Counted from the stretch's first letter, positions 1 through 13,173 are shown. The stretch is DNA of 64,000 bases from Octopus sinensis (GCF_006345805.1 NC_043003.1:5208001-5272000); one strand, 5' to 3'. Notes: generated from the sequence alone by a model not told the origin. A program made the numbers and translations.

Positions 1-312
1 CCGACCAATGCCTTGTGAGTGGATTTGGTAGACGGAAACTGAAAGAAGCCCGTCGTATATATGTATATATATATATATATATATATGCGTGTGTGTGTTT
101 ATGTGTCTGTGTTTGTCCCACTAGCATTGCTTGACAACCGATGCTGGTGTGTTTACGTCCCCGTTACTTAGCGGTTCGGCAAAAAAGACCGATAGAATAA
201 GTACTGGGCTTACAAAAGAATAAGTCCCGGGGTCGAGTTGCTCGATTAAAGGCGGTGCTCCAGCATGGCCGCAGTCAAATGACTGAAACAAGTAAAAGAG
301 AGTAAAAGAGAG
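1..312 (+). mobile_element. tRNA-derived CORE-type SINE (octopus OR-like family), 5' part outside window
   Basis: Near-identical to the full-length copy at 49787-50192 (gccttgtgagtggatttggtagacggaaactgaaagaagcc...gcggtgctccagcatggccgcagtcaaatgactgaaac); internal (TA)/(TG) tract; ends in gtaaaagaga repeats. Confidence 0.85.
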
Positions 313-649
313 TATACACAAAATACACATATACACACAGACAGAAATACATACAGACACAAAGACATTCGTATGTGTGGCTGAGAATTAAAATATATAT
401 AAGAAGAAAAAACACGCCTGAATGTAGGTGGATGTCGCGAGATGGAAGAGAGAAAGTTGTGTTAGAAGGACAGAGAAGGGGGAGGTGGGGGAATAGATTG
501 ATATGAGTTCTAATAGGAGAAAGAGAGAGAGGAGAGAAAGGAGAGAGTGAGATGGGAGAGTGATGCAAACATGAGTGAGGAAAAGAATCGAAGAATCAGT
601 GGATGCAAAATAGTGAAAGGTGCAAGCAGGGATATCGATATTACACCAG

Positions 650-898
650 CAGTAGCAGCAACGGGAAGACTACTGATCATACTACTACTGCCACTACTAC
701 AATTACTACTATTACTTCTACTACCACCACCACCTCCACTACTATTAATGCAATTACTACTACTACCATCACCACTACCATCAATACTACATCTACTACT
801 ACTACCACTACCATCACCACCACCATCACTACTACTACTACTACCATCACCACCATCACTACTACTACTTTACTACAACAACAACAACTACTACTATC
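650..898. repeat. Compound (ACT/ACC/CTA)n trinucleotide microsatellite
   Basis: Direct inspection; source of the poly-T/L/V ORFs at 547-976. Confidence 0.95.
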
Positions 899-1075
899 AT
901 GAAAGAAAGGGAGAAATTGATAAATATTGAGCTCTGAGAATTGAGATCGCCAAGATGAGGCAGCTGAGAGAGTCAAATATAAAGGTTGTCCCTGTTGTCA
1001 TCGAAGCATTGGGTTCAATACGACGACCCAACATGAAAAAATATTTGGAAACTTCAGAAATACCCTACAATCGGT
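899..1075 (+). pseudogene. R4/Dong-like non-LTR retrotransposon, C-terminal REL endonuclease fragment
   Basis: Translates MKEREKIDKY*ALRIEIAKMRQLRESNIKVVPVVIEALGSI...KKYLE, matching the E-K--KY--L--EI--MW---VVP++IGALG motif; homologous to the 44133-44426 ORF. Confidence 0.75.
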
Positions 1076-1153
1076 TTTACTTGGAACTGCGCGCATTCTG
1101 CGTAAAGTACGTCAGTTTGAGGTCCTTGCTGTACTTTGAAAGATATTACAAAA

Positions 1154-1348
1154 GGCGGCGAGCTGACAGAAGCGTTAGCACGCCGGGCGAAATGAGCAGC
1201 CGTATTTCGTCTGCAGTATTTCGACTTTGCCTTTCATCCTTTCGGGGTCGATAAATTAAGTACCAGTTACGCACTGGGGTCGATGTAATCGACTTAATCC
1301 TTTTGTCTGTCCTCTCTGTGTTTAGCCCCTTGTGGGCAGTAAAGAAAT
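1154..1348 (+). mobile_element. tRNA-derived SINE (probable Meta/MESC-domain family) with internal deletion
   Basis: ggcggcgagctg head and cctttcatcctttcggggtcgataaa core; 13-bp TSD agatattacaaaa at 1141-1153 and 1349-1361; the gagttcaaattcc B-box segment present in other copies is missing. Confidence 0.9.
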
Positions 1349-1454
1349 AGATATTACAAAACCCCCGCTACACACCGTTTCTTTCATCTATAACATCACA
1401 ATATCGACTATTGTGCCGCGTCTTCAATAATAATAATGATAATTAATTAATTTG

Positions 1455-1618
1455 GGGGTGGGGGAAAGGCTGCGTGATTACAGAGACCGTCAGGCATAGC
1501 TGTTCCTTATTTCATCGACCACAAGAGGAAAAAAAAGTGAAGTCGACTTTGGCAGAATTTGAACGCAGGATGTAGTGATGGGTGGAATAAAGCGAAGCCT
1601 TTGCCAACACGCCGCCTT
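1455..1618 (-). mobile_element. Degenerate copy of the same SINE family
   Basis: atcgacc...aaagtgaagtcgactttggcagaatttgaac...cgccgcct is the reverse complement of the head and core. Confidence 0.65.
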
Positions 1619-1619
1619 C

Positions 1620-1682
<63 letters not shown>

Positions 1683-1771
1683 AAGAAGAAGAAGAAGAAG
1701 AAGAAGAAGAAGAAGAAGAAGAAGAAGAAGAAGAAGAAGAAGAAGAGGAGTAGGAAGAAGAAGAAGAAGAA
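1619..1771. repeat. (AAT)n(AAG)n microsatellite
   Basis: Direct inspection; explains the poly-N/poly-K ORF. Confidence 0.97.
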
Positions 1772-3659
1772 ATTACTTGATGCTCTACCAAGCGGAGACT
1801 CTCGTGGTTTCTCATCTGATTTGAAATGTTATCATGTACATGTTTTGTCTTGGTATAAAAGATGGGCTACAGCAAATATTCTGCTCCATACCACAAATTT
1901 GCTTGTCAGTTGTTTGACCGTAACCAGTTGAGTATGTCCTTTAATGTCAGATGGTATGGTCCACGAGTAGAATTAGTGGGGGGATTATCATAGCCCAGTG
2001 TTAAGAGGAATTATTTGGGGGTTGAATAATTTACCTCTGGAAACATTGGTGTTGCACTCATCATCTTCAAACAACCCTTATTCAAGGACCAGGAGAAAAT
2101 TCTAACTGGGCTCCACCCGTAAAGTTATGCGGGTGAGAACCTTGATATTGTGATCACCATGTCGCGCATACATGGTTGTAATGCATGTGCCTGTTGTACC
2201 TTTGAAAGTAACTGTGTGTAACTATGAAGGGGATATAGGACTTCGTATATTTGTACTCCAGAGTCATTTCATGTCGCGTGCTGCTCTATTACTCAATAGT
2301 GATGATGATGTTGATGATATTGTTATTTGCCAGAGCGATATCAGACGAGAGGATCATTACAAAGACAATTTATAATTTGATTGGAAGTTTATGTAAAAGG
2401 TGAGAAGAATGTGAGAGGAGGACTAATGTGATTAAAGTAGCAAAAGTATTTGAAGGTAATTAAGATACAGCCCTCCAGATACTTTAGAACTTCCACCTCA
2501 GACTAATCAAAGACCTCCACAGGTCGAGGATTACTCTAACCAACATGGCCATATGCCCTCATTCAACTGCTGTTCTCCAAATTACAGGTGCATAAAGCCC
2601 AGCAGATTTGGAGGGAAAGGCTTAGCGGATTTCCTTGACTAACACTTTACACATACTCTCGATTTCGAATGAATAAAATTAAAGAGACAATGGATTAAAA
2701 TGTGTTACCGATTATGAAAAAAAAAACCCATTCATTTGTTTAATAAAATAAGTTCACAGCCTTTGATAGGTATATGCGGATTAGTAAGCGAAATCAGAAT
2801 CGTCAAACAATATTTGAAACAATTCCAAATGCTTACGGAATATTCGAAATGAATTTCATAGACGTTCCTCCTAAAACGGACTAATATATTTATTATGCTT
2901 TTAGAATAATGAAATTTTGTAAAATTTCATTGCTTTCTCGATAACATTTCATTACGAGTTCGTTCTAAGTGTTTCAAGTACAGGTGTCAATATGTACAAT
3001 TACTCAGCGGTGAAGAGGATTCACAATGTGGATCCTCTAGTGTATATTTGTATAAAATCGTTGCCGACCACATTAAATTAATTATTGCAGAAGTTTCAGA
3101 TGTCATTATTGGAGTAAACTGTGACATAGAGGAACTTGAATGAAGGGCGTTTATTCGATAGATGCCTAAAGTAAAATTTTTCAACATGTAAATACAGAAT
3201 ATCGACATAATTGTCTTTATATTTATATTACGTTTGTGTAAATGTGTGTATATAAAATATCATCAAAAAACTAATATATAATGATAATTCAATGTAAGTG
3301 TTACTCGATCAAAAGCCTCACTTTTCACTCAACCAATTGTATCTCTTTTTAATTCCCATAATTCTGAATATATACATATAAATTGGACACGCACACACAT
3401 ACACACAACTCTTAACGTTTGTTATTATGTTCTGAGGCAATGACAACGATTTTTGACTATTCTGATGGATTATCTTATACATTTGTACAATACAAATTCA
3501 TTATTCGTAAATAAGATCGTCGGATGGTGTGGCTTAGCAGGCTGAAACTTCGAGGTCACTGTCAAGAGCATTCTCGTTTACAAATTATATATATATATAT
3601 AAGGACAATATTGCAAATACACACACACACATATATACATATGTATATATATATATATA

Positions 3660-3760
3660 GTTCGAATTTAGAAAAATAAACAAAAGCAAAAGATGAATTC
3701 GGCTGTATAAACAAACAAACAGATGTATTAGTTTAACGCTTTGGAAGTGAGAAAGTCTTT
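3660..3760 (-). mobile_element. Tail fragment of the PLE-like relic family seen at 28500 and 41815
   Basis: Reverse complement contains aaagactttctc...ctaatacatctgtttgtttgt, shared with 28545-28600; lies next to (TA)n. Confidence 0.55.
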
Positions 3761-4949
3761 GAGTATGTGTGTGAAGCTATTCATTGGAGGGTGAAGCATA
3801 ATATGTTGTGATAGGGCATATGTAAAGGCACCATTCACAGGGACGGCAGACAGTTTATATGCATGTATTCAGGTTTATATTTGAATCGTTAGGAATAGAA
3901 TGACCATTATCAAAACAGATTGAATTTTCTAACTCGTACACGAAATTCTTTTAAAATTTATCGCCTAAAAGTGTATACTTATAGATTTTAAATTAAAAAT
4001 TTAAATGTATAAACGTTTCAAAAATTAACGACCATTTTTCTATTCGAGAACATAAAATCTCAGATTTCGGAACATTTATTAATTTTAATAACATGTGACT
4101 TTTGCAGGTGGTAAAGTTAAATTCGTTACTGAAAAGTGGAAGTCGTTTTCTCGAAGATTTTTTATACTTTAAGGTTCGTAAACAAAGCAATTTTATAATG
4201 AATTAAATTAGACTTAAAAATTTGTCGACTATATATATAATTTATGTTATCAACGAAAGTATTTCGTATGGGCTTTATCTTTTGTTCCTTGATTAAAAAT
4301 ATTGATTAATTAAAGACAGAATGAACGAAGAGTATGAGTGCGTGTAGATGGGATTAACCATTTGTCTTTATCCTGAGTTCTTAGCAGACTTTATGCGTTC
4401 TTTCAATGATAAGTATTCTTCGCAAGGAAGAAAAAATGAATTTATATGAAAGGTTTCCGTGTGTTAAGTCCCGAAGATAATCCAAAGTTTAAGTCCCTTA
4501 AACCTACAAAGGCATACTTTGAAATGAAGAATAAAAGTATTTTCGAGAAAAACAACCAAGAAACATTTAGACGTGACTGTAAAACAAACATTACGACTCC
4601 ATGAACATTGTAGGCATATACTGCTAAATGAACGTGTTTGTGTATGGAAAAATATTTCCTTTCTCTATACATACGTACGAATGCGCATTATATATGCGTT
4701 TTTCAATAGCGAGCATAACAAAGCAATTATGATGTAATAAAGTGAGAATCTGCATGCAATAGAATAACCAGAATTTGCAGAGGCATGCACCTGTATCATC
4801 GAAAAAACAGGCACACGCACCCATCGTGGTATATGTATTGCATGACCGAACATTTATTTCGTGAACATCAACTTATCTATCTATATATAAGAAAATTACT
4901 ATTTGTAATTATCACAACGAGAGATATTCAGCAACAGCACTTTGGAGTG

Positions 4950-5172
4950 AAGATTGATTGCCAGCATAACATGGCAGTCCTGGTTTAGGACGAATGTTGC
5001 TATAATTTAGCCCCAGGAGACACGATCTGTGTGTCCTTATATTTTCGAACAAGGGAAAAATATAAGGACACAGATCGTGTCGTATAGCCAGCTGGAGACG
5101 ATGTCTCCTGGCGCTAAATTACAGCAATATTCGTCCTAAACCAGGACTGCCATATGTTGGCAAACAATCTTT
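4950..5172. mobile_element. Foldback / MITE-like element with nested inverted repeats
   Basis: ~70-bp outer arms (atggcagtcctggtttaggacgaat...gccccaggagaca / tgtctcctggcgc...attcgtcctaaaccaggactgccat) plus an inner hairpin cacgatctgtg(tg)tccttatatttt / aaaatataaggacacagatcgtg. Confidence 0.75.
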
Positions 5173-5202
5173 TATATATATATATATATATATATAAATA
5201 TA

Positions 5203-5284
<82 letters not shown>

Positions 5285-5312
5285 ATATATGTATATATAG
5301 GCATCTACATAC

Positions 5313-5346
<34 letters not shown>

Positions 5347-5512
5347 TTATTGCCATATATGAAATGGTACATATCACATTTTTAAATGTGGTCCAGTATG
5401 ATATTCCTTGCTCCTGAGTAACTCCTCAAGCAATATCGCATAAGAAATAGTCGGTAAATGCATAGATGTAAATACACCCACTATCATATATATATATATG
5501 TATATATATATA

Positions 5513-5545
<33 letters not shown>

Positions 5546-5800
5546 TAGATATAATATATACATGCACATCTTTACCATGTATAAAATATACAGGTATACT
5601 TATATGTGCATATTTACACACATATGGTTGTATATATTTGTATATATATATCTACAACTTTTCATATATGTACATGCTATAATTATATATATATATTATA
5701 TATATATATATATATATGCATGCATGCATACATTTATATAAATATGCATATATCCGTGTGTGTGAGTTTGCATACATATATATAAATGTGTATATATCTG

Positions 5801-5845
<45 letters not shown>

Positions 5846-6753
5846 GTGTGTGTGTGTGTGTGTGTGTATGTACGCACGTGTCTATAGGAATGGTAAGTGC
5901 GCGCGTGTGTGGACATATATGCACCGCTGCAGCTTACTTTTGGATTCAAAGTGTGAAGCGAAGACAAAACAAAAGAGGAGAAAAGAAAAAAAAACAAAAA
6001 CAGCCTGAAAATGGCGGTCTAATGTGACGTAGAAAAATGTATGAAGGAATTGATTAGAAAGACATAGTAACGTGGGATTAAAAACGAAGGAAAATTCGCT
6101 TCAGCTCAATTATAGCAACTGCGTATTCACTTAAAGGTTTCCCTTGATGTTACTCAAAATTTGTAAACTTCCCTATGGTCTTTTCATTATTTAATTTTCA
6201 TTACAGGAAAGAGAAGGAGAGAGATATTGCTTCATGGTTACGTGTACGTTCGTATGTATGTATGTATGAATTGATGTATGTGTTAATGAACGTTTGGGTG
6301 TGTGTTTATATGTATATATATATATAAATATATATATAAATATGAATATATATGAATATATATATCTGTATATGAATATATATGAATATATTAATATATA
6401 TATATATATATGAACATATATATATACATATATGAACATATATATATACATATATGAACATATATATATATACATATGTATATATACATACATATATACA
6501 TATATATATACACATATACATATATATATTTTTACATATGTATGTGTGTATGTACCTAGGCGTATATGTGTAGATAAACGTATGTACATGTAAGTGTGGG
6601 TATATATCTAAGAATATGTGTATAAATATATTTGCGCTTGTCTGTCATATACATATATCTGTGCGTGCGTATGTGTGTGGGGGGAGTGCGAGCTCGCGTT
6701 CGCTTAAATTTAAACAGTATTGTTTAGAATCATTGAATTATGAATTAATATAC

Positions 6754-6790
<37 letters not shown>

Positions 6791-7260
6791 AATACATGCT
6801 TGCGTGTGTGTGTAAGTTTATGTTATGTGTGACTGTGTCTGTGTGAATGCGAAGAGACACACGCTTGTGTGTATCTTCTTGTATGTATATTTATGCCTCT
6901 GTACGCGCATGTGCAGATAAATAGCAACAAATTTCCTAACGTATACAAATCAAGAAATATGTGTTGCAAAGACACTTATTCACACAGGTACATAGCTTCA
7001 TTAAAAACAAATATGACAACGCGTGCATGCCTCAATACAATGCTAGAAATATGTTATCAGCAGTTGGAACCTGAAGCTAAGAAATTAAAAATGAATTTAA
7101 TATAATGCCACACGAAATATCATCACTGTTTCTGTTTAACAGCGACGACACTTGCCTAGAATACTATTTTAAATATTTCAAATATTCATGTTCGCACATA
7201 GTTACACATCCATCCACACAGACATGCCTAGATATGCATATATGTATATATATATATACA

Positions 7261-7305
<45 letters not shown>

Positions 7306-7579
7306 TACATACATATATGCATACATATATATATACGTATATACATACATATGCATATACGTATATACATACATATGCACATATATACACATATATACAT
7401 ACACACATATACATATATATATACACGCATATATACATACATATATACACGCATATATACATACATATGCACATATATATACACATATATACATACACAT
7501 ATATACATATATATACATATATACATACATATTACACACACACATATATATATATACATATATACATACATATACACAG

Positions 7580-7618
<39 letters not shown>

Positions 7619-7685
7619 AATTATACGACTAGGTGAACCAGAATACAAAGGACATATAGAACAATATCTTACAGGTAGGAATGTG

Positions 7686-7710
7686 ATTCGTCATTCGCAT
7701 ACCGCATCAG
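7686..7710 (-). ncRNA. Degenerate hammerhead-like motif (PLE-type relic)
   Basis: Minus strand CUGAUGC-G-GU(-)AU-GCGA-AUGAC-GAAUC; stem II capped by a GNRA loop; ~70 bp from a (TA)n tract. Confidence 0.4.
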
Positions 7711-8184
7711 GGATGATGATGATGATAATAAACTCGATTGTCAGCGTAATGAAAATACATTGACGGAAAATCTGTTAGCTGCTGACTCGCAGTTTGATGC
7801 ACCAAAGAATTTCGAGGCTTGATCTATCTCGAAACCATTGGACTGGCCATATATCCTGAACATCTTAATGCCTGGATGCTAAAGCTTGTTGAAAACCATG
7901 AAAGACGTAAGAAGCTACATTCTGTTAAGAAGGAGAGCAAAATATTTTCAAGTGAGTTTATGCATAATACCCAGGTAGAACAGAATGATGGAAGTGTGGC
8001 AGCTGCAGTTAACAAAGGTGAAATAAATCGCAAAGGAAAAAGCGTTTAAACAATTGGTTGATAGGTGGGAAAAAAAACCTCTGCAAAGCAAATATATGGC
8101 TAGTAGCAACGAAGCTGATGTAGACCAGAAACACGCCCACCAGTGGTTCCGGAGCAAAGGCTTCATCTTAGGCAAAGGTTTCAT

Positions 8185-8417
8185 ATAGGCGGCGAGCTGG
8201 CAGAATCGTTAGCAAGCCGGGCGAAATGCTTAGCAGTATTTCGTCTGCCGCTACGTTCTGAGTTCAAATTCGGCCGAGGTCGACTTTGCCTTTCATCCTT
8301 TCGCGGTCGATAAATTAAGTACCAGTTACGCACTGGGGTCGATATAATCGACTTAATCCGTTTGTCTGTCCTTGTTTGTCCATTCTGTGTTTGGCTCCTT
8401 GTGGGTAGTAAAGAAAT
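8185..8417 (+). mobile_element. Full-length tRNA/Meta-type SINE inserted in the Dong-like LINE
   Basis: Complete head, core and tail; 9-bp TSD aggtttcat at 8176-8184 and 8418-8426. Confidence 0.9.
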
Positions 8418-8486
8418 AGGTTTCATCTTAGCTGCTGAAGATCAGAGCTTATTGACTCGGAACTACCAAGCTAATGTGATGAATAA

Positions 8487-8832
8487 TCGTGGAATTCCGT
8501 CGGTTGCGATGACCAGGGTTCCAGTTGATTCGATCAATGGAACAGCCTGCCCGTTAAATTCCTGTGTAAGTGACTGACTACACCACAGACACGTGACACA
8601 GAGTGTGACAGGGTTGGCTCTCTGAATTACAGGTACTGCAGAAACAGGAAGAAAGAGTTGAGGTGAACGAGTACAACAGGGTTCACCCCCCACCCACCCC
8701 CACCGCCAGACTCTCGTAGAGCTTTAGGTGTTTTCGCTTAATATGCACTGACAACACCCGGTGTGGGAATCGAAACTGCGATCCTACGACTGCTAGTACG
8801 CTTCTCTAACTACTGAGCCATTGCGCCCCCAC
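8487..8832 (-). mobile_element. Third tRNA-derived SINE family, inserted in the Dong-like LINE
   Basis: Minus-strand head ggcgcaatggctcagtagttag (A box)...gtttcgattcc (B box), then aagcgaaaacacctaaagctc shared with 28681-29135; imperfect TSD tgatgaa(t/g)aa at 8477-8486 and 8833-8842. Confidence 0.8.
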
Positions 8833-9599
8833 TGATGAAGAACAGAGTAGCACCAAAGTGCCGATACTGCAACAACGAGATTGAAACAGTGGACCACCTA
8901 ATCTTTGGGTGTAGTGTTTTAACACCTACAGAGTATAAATCAGGACATGGCCAATATCTACACAGGATATGTCGGCGTCATAAAGTCAAAACTACTGACA
9001 AATGGTACAAGCACCATTCTCAGGCTGAAACTTAGGGAATAAGCGTAACGAGTCTTTGGAACTTTCCAGAACATACAGACCGGTATAATTCAACTCAAAA
9101 TGCAAAGGGCTGCAAACAAATGCCGCTAAGAATTTTGTCCGGTCCCACGTTCATGATGGTGATAATAATAAGCAGTAACGCAAGTTGTAGCAACCGTAGT
9201 AGCAATTGCGTTGCTACACACGTGTTTAGATTGATGTGGAACGGGAGTCATGTTTGCTATATTCCGATTGTTTCCACCCGACGCATTTCGTTTAAAACAA
9301 GAATTTCATTAATGAATCTATTTACCTTGTTCTTGGTGTCGTTGTTGTTTAACTGCACAGTAGACATATGATCACAACTCTTCCAGCCGTGACTCAGTCG
9401 CCGTTGTATATAATGTGATACATTGTGTGCAATATTTCTTTATGAAGGCAATATCGTATATGTTAGTGATTTGACTGCTATTTCTAGATGGTCCGTTTTA
9501 GGTTGACGGGTATTCTTAAATTTTAAAAATTTGTTAAAATTCCTAATGACTTGAAACTTAAGTTATTTACTGGCGTATTGATGAAGCCTGAGAATGTTT

Positions 9600-9960
9600 G
9601 TGGCAATTGGTACCCCAAGGGGTAGGAGAGATACATTTGTGACCTGGAAGGTTTGAATGTGAGGCAAATCTGGGTGTGGTAAGTTATATGTGAGTCGGTT
9701 TTTATGTCGCGTAGCTTTGTTGGGGAGAAACAAGATTTTATGAGGTTGGTCTTTTGTGTGTAGGGTAGGTTATTGTGGGGTATAGGTATATTTAGTAAGT
9801 TTGCATCTAGAGTTGTTGTACGTGAAGCAGGATTGTGGGAATTTCATTAATATGAGTTTTATATGGGGTATATTCTGTGAGGTAATGTTATGGGCGGTAG
9901 AATCATGAGAGGTGGGTTAAAATGAATTAAATTTTTTATTTTACGTATGTTTACACATGG
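9600..9960 (-). pseudogene. Possible highly decayed Penelope-like fragment
   Basis: RKIKNLIHFNPP resembles the R-I-WFNPP motif between PLE RT and GIY-YIG; the rest is unalignable by eye. Confidence 0.3.
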
Positions 9961-11727
9961 TTGCGTGAGGCGGGCTTTAAGGTTGATATAGATTTGTAGC
10001 AGGTTTTTTTGTGGTATTATGAATCCCCCCAGTCGGGCCCATAACAAAGAACGTAGTTACCACGTTTAAGCAAGCGGTTGTAATGGCGAAAATAACATTA
10101 ATATGGCTACAGCAATATTAAAAATAGAATTACAGAGAAAGCAGATAGAACGACGGTAATAGTATCATAATCTACACAACACATCATTAACAAATGTGCC
10201 AATGGTAGAGAAAACTGTGGCGAAATATTCACAACTAGAGTTAGATAACAATGACATTAACATTACAAGAAACAGAGGAACAGACGTGCAGTTCATACTT
10301 AAAGAGCTCAGCCAGTTTTATATCATTATCGTGGTCATAGTCAAACATGGCGGCAATGTGTTTTTATTGCTGAACATGTGGACATGATGGGTTATTGAAT
10401 AAAATATTAAAATCTCCAGCTATATCGAATCATTGAACAAGCTCTTACATGGTAGCTTAACTTGCTAGAGATAACAGACAAATTATTCAACTCACACCTT
10501 ATAGATCCAAAATAAGGTAGGACACGTTAGATAGTGTTTGTCGTTGACACATTGACTCAGGAAAGAAATCGGTGAAACGGTCATGCAACAGACTTTATTA
10601 TGAGGTGGGAGCGCTAAGCAGAGATGTGTATAAATGCAACGTTATCATCAGTTCAAATTAGGCCAGCGGCATTTTCGGACTTGTAAACAAGCCATTCACT
10701 GTGTTTTGTGATGGAGAAAATTTCTCGCTGGAGACGAATGGAGTAAATACACCTAAATCAGTTTGCAGTGTCACCTATCCAGACTGTGAGAGCCAAGTAT
10801 CTCGGGAGCCTTTAACTCCTCTTCCGTCACAGAAACCGGATGATGTACGTCAGCTGATTGGTAATTTGTACTTTATTAAATATCTGCTGGATCTCTGCTG
10901 AACTGGGGTTATTACAAGACGCAAAAATACAACCAGGATATGTTTAGAGAATGTTATATTTCGAGTATGGTGAGCTCCACGCTCCATACCATGCTGCAAA
11001 AATTTCACGCTATGGCTAGAATTTCATGGTAGAAAGTAATAATATATCTATAGATTCCCTAATGTTAAAATATTCTGACATACCCAAAGTACCAAATTGG
11101 AATTAGAAATAATTATGTGAGAAGACTAGAGACGCATTAAATACCATTGTTTAAAATAAAGGTGTAACAAAACTAATTGTTACACCTAGATTTTAAACAA
11201 TGGTATTTAATGTTGGTGTACAGTCAATCGTGGAATGGCCTTCGCTGCGGAAAGTGTCTGCAGAGAGAAAGTGTGAAAACGCATGACATTATTTATGGAT
11301 CAATGATGCGTTTTTTATACGCATTGTCAATCAGAAGGCAATATTGATAGCGATGGACGCCCCCCACCACGCTTCATATTGTCGGTCTTGTGTCTAAATT
11401 AGAAAACATAAATAAATATATTTCGATTTGTAATTGTGTCAGTTATAAATATCAGCTGGCGCAACACACTTAGAGAGTCCCGCGTTCGTTCCTTCGGTAT
11501 GTGGGGGTTGCTACTATTTAGCCCCAGAACAGCTCCGAATAACCAGAGCTATATTAAAATTTGCACCAGGTGTGACAACACCATCTTGTTTTAACGAAAT
11601 ATATATTCTAGGACTGCATGGGCATCTTTCAATACATTTATTCATATACTTGTATGCTTATGTAAATACATACTTCAAACATCGATAACATAGTCATATT
11701 GTATCATTTAAAAAGCTTTAACAAGAG

Positions 11728-11920
11728 ACGCTGGTCTGGAGACTTAAGGAAAGAACAGTAAAATACAGTATAATATGGTCAAAAATGCATATCCGTGCAA
11801 TGGACATTCGTGATCTTGTAATCCTTATTCTGAAGAGAGACTGTGCATTTTAATGGATAAAGATGAACTTGTGAATAGGCACACCGAAATAGTTTCTTGA
11901 TGCAACCACAGGCTAAAAGG
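11728..11920 (+). pseudogene. Penelope-like element GIY-YIG endonuclease C-terminal fragment
   Basis: TLVWRLKERTVKYSIIWSK (frameshift) EERLCILMDKDELVNRHTEIVS*CNHRLK matches W-LK----Y-I-W ... EK--I------LNKR-E+-S-C-H. Confidence 0.6.
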
Positions 11921-12139
11921 CTCATTTTTGCAGTTTGGTAAAAACAATATTTAAAACTCAATTGATGTTATCTTCTTATTTTATTATATCTTATTTATTT
12001 CAGTTTTATGTCTCGTTATTTTTTATTTGTTTTCATAAACATCTTTAGGGCGGAAATGTTTCTGATGGCCACTATGTAACTCTTTGGGGTAAGCTTATCA
12101 AAGTACTTGGTACCAAGTAACAATATGGACATTAATCTT

Positions 12140-12335
12140 AAGGTAGCAGCCTGATGGAATCCTTAACGCGCCGGAAGAAGTGCTGCTAAGCATTTCTTCT
12201 GATTATGGTTTCTGTGTTCAAATGCCACCGGGGTCAACTTTGCCTTTCATCCTTTCGCGGTCGATAAAATAAGTACTAGTTGAACACAGGGGTCAATGTA
12301 ATCGACTTTGATACTCTCCCAAATTGCTGGTCAAT
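12140..12335 (+). mobile_element. Older Meta-type SINE subfamily copy
   Basis: ggggtcaactttgcctttcatcctttcgcggtcgataaaataagtac core with a cccaaattgctgg tail. Confidence 0.75.
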
Positions 12336-12403
12336 ATTTGAAAACAATATAAATAATTAGAATAGGTCAGAATGTATATAAAATAGATGTGATTATATTA
12401 ATA

Positions 12404-12487
<84 letters not shown>

Positions 12488-12732
12488 GCAAATTTGCTGT
12501 TGAAAATGCACCTACATTTGAATTTATTTACATATATACCAAACTAGTTTCAATAATATTTTTTGTTTATCAATGGTAAAAATTTAGGAATATGAATTAG
12601 AACATGTTTAAACTTCGTATATATGTAAATAGTTTTATTTTAAGCATTTACAATTTTTCAAATTTAAGTGCATTTTCAACAACAAATTTGCCGAGTTTTT
12701 TTTTTTCAGTGTGGAAATACACACCTATCTTT

Positions 12733-12781
<49 letters not shown>

Positions 12782-12852
12782 AACTTAGATATGTTTCGAC
12801 CAAAGATTGGTCCAGGCCATATCTAACTTAATAGCACCACCTGATATATATA

Positions 12853-12891
<39 letters not shown>

Positions 12892-12946
12892 CAAAAATGA
12901 GTAACAAAAATGTGTCAATTCATTACGGCCCTTTCGAGCGATTCCT

Positions 12947-13173
12947 TTAATTGACCAATGAAAGCATTACATCATTACAAACGAAACTGATCTCATCAGC
13001 TGACAGCATAGACGTCAAGCATAAGGACAAGCTGTATATTTAAACATATTCATATCATGATTAGAAAACGGATATTTACAATGATTCCGCTGCTAAACTT
13101 TTTAATTCTGATAAATAATCTAGCAGCAGAATCATTAATCAAGTAAGGATGTAATGCTTTAATTGATCACTTA
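12947..13173. mobile_element. MITE-like element with ~32-bp imperfect terminal inverted repeats
   Basis: ttaattgaccaatgaaagcattacatcattac vs gtaaggatgtaatgctttaattgatcacttaa. Confidence 0.5.

Larger units (their letters stand above)
7790..9095 (+). pseudogene. R4/Dong-like LINE fragment (post-RT linker to CCHC knuckle), interrupted by two SINEs
   Basis: WMLKLVENHERRKKLHSVKKES; DRWEKKPLQSKY...DVDQKHAHQWFRS; GFILAAEDQSLLTRNYQANVM|KNRVAPKCRYCNNEIETVDHLIFGC; VTSLWNFPEHTDR (cf. consensus ILWDF-I-TD). Confidence 0.85.

Noticed and set aside
10701-10901. ORF MFCDGENF... ending near a possible donor, with nearby CCAAT/ETS-like words
   Set aside because: No recognisable homology; such short motifs occur by chance
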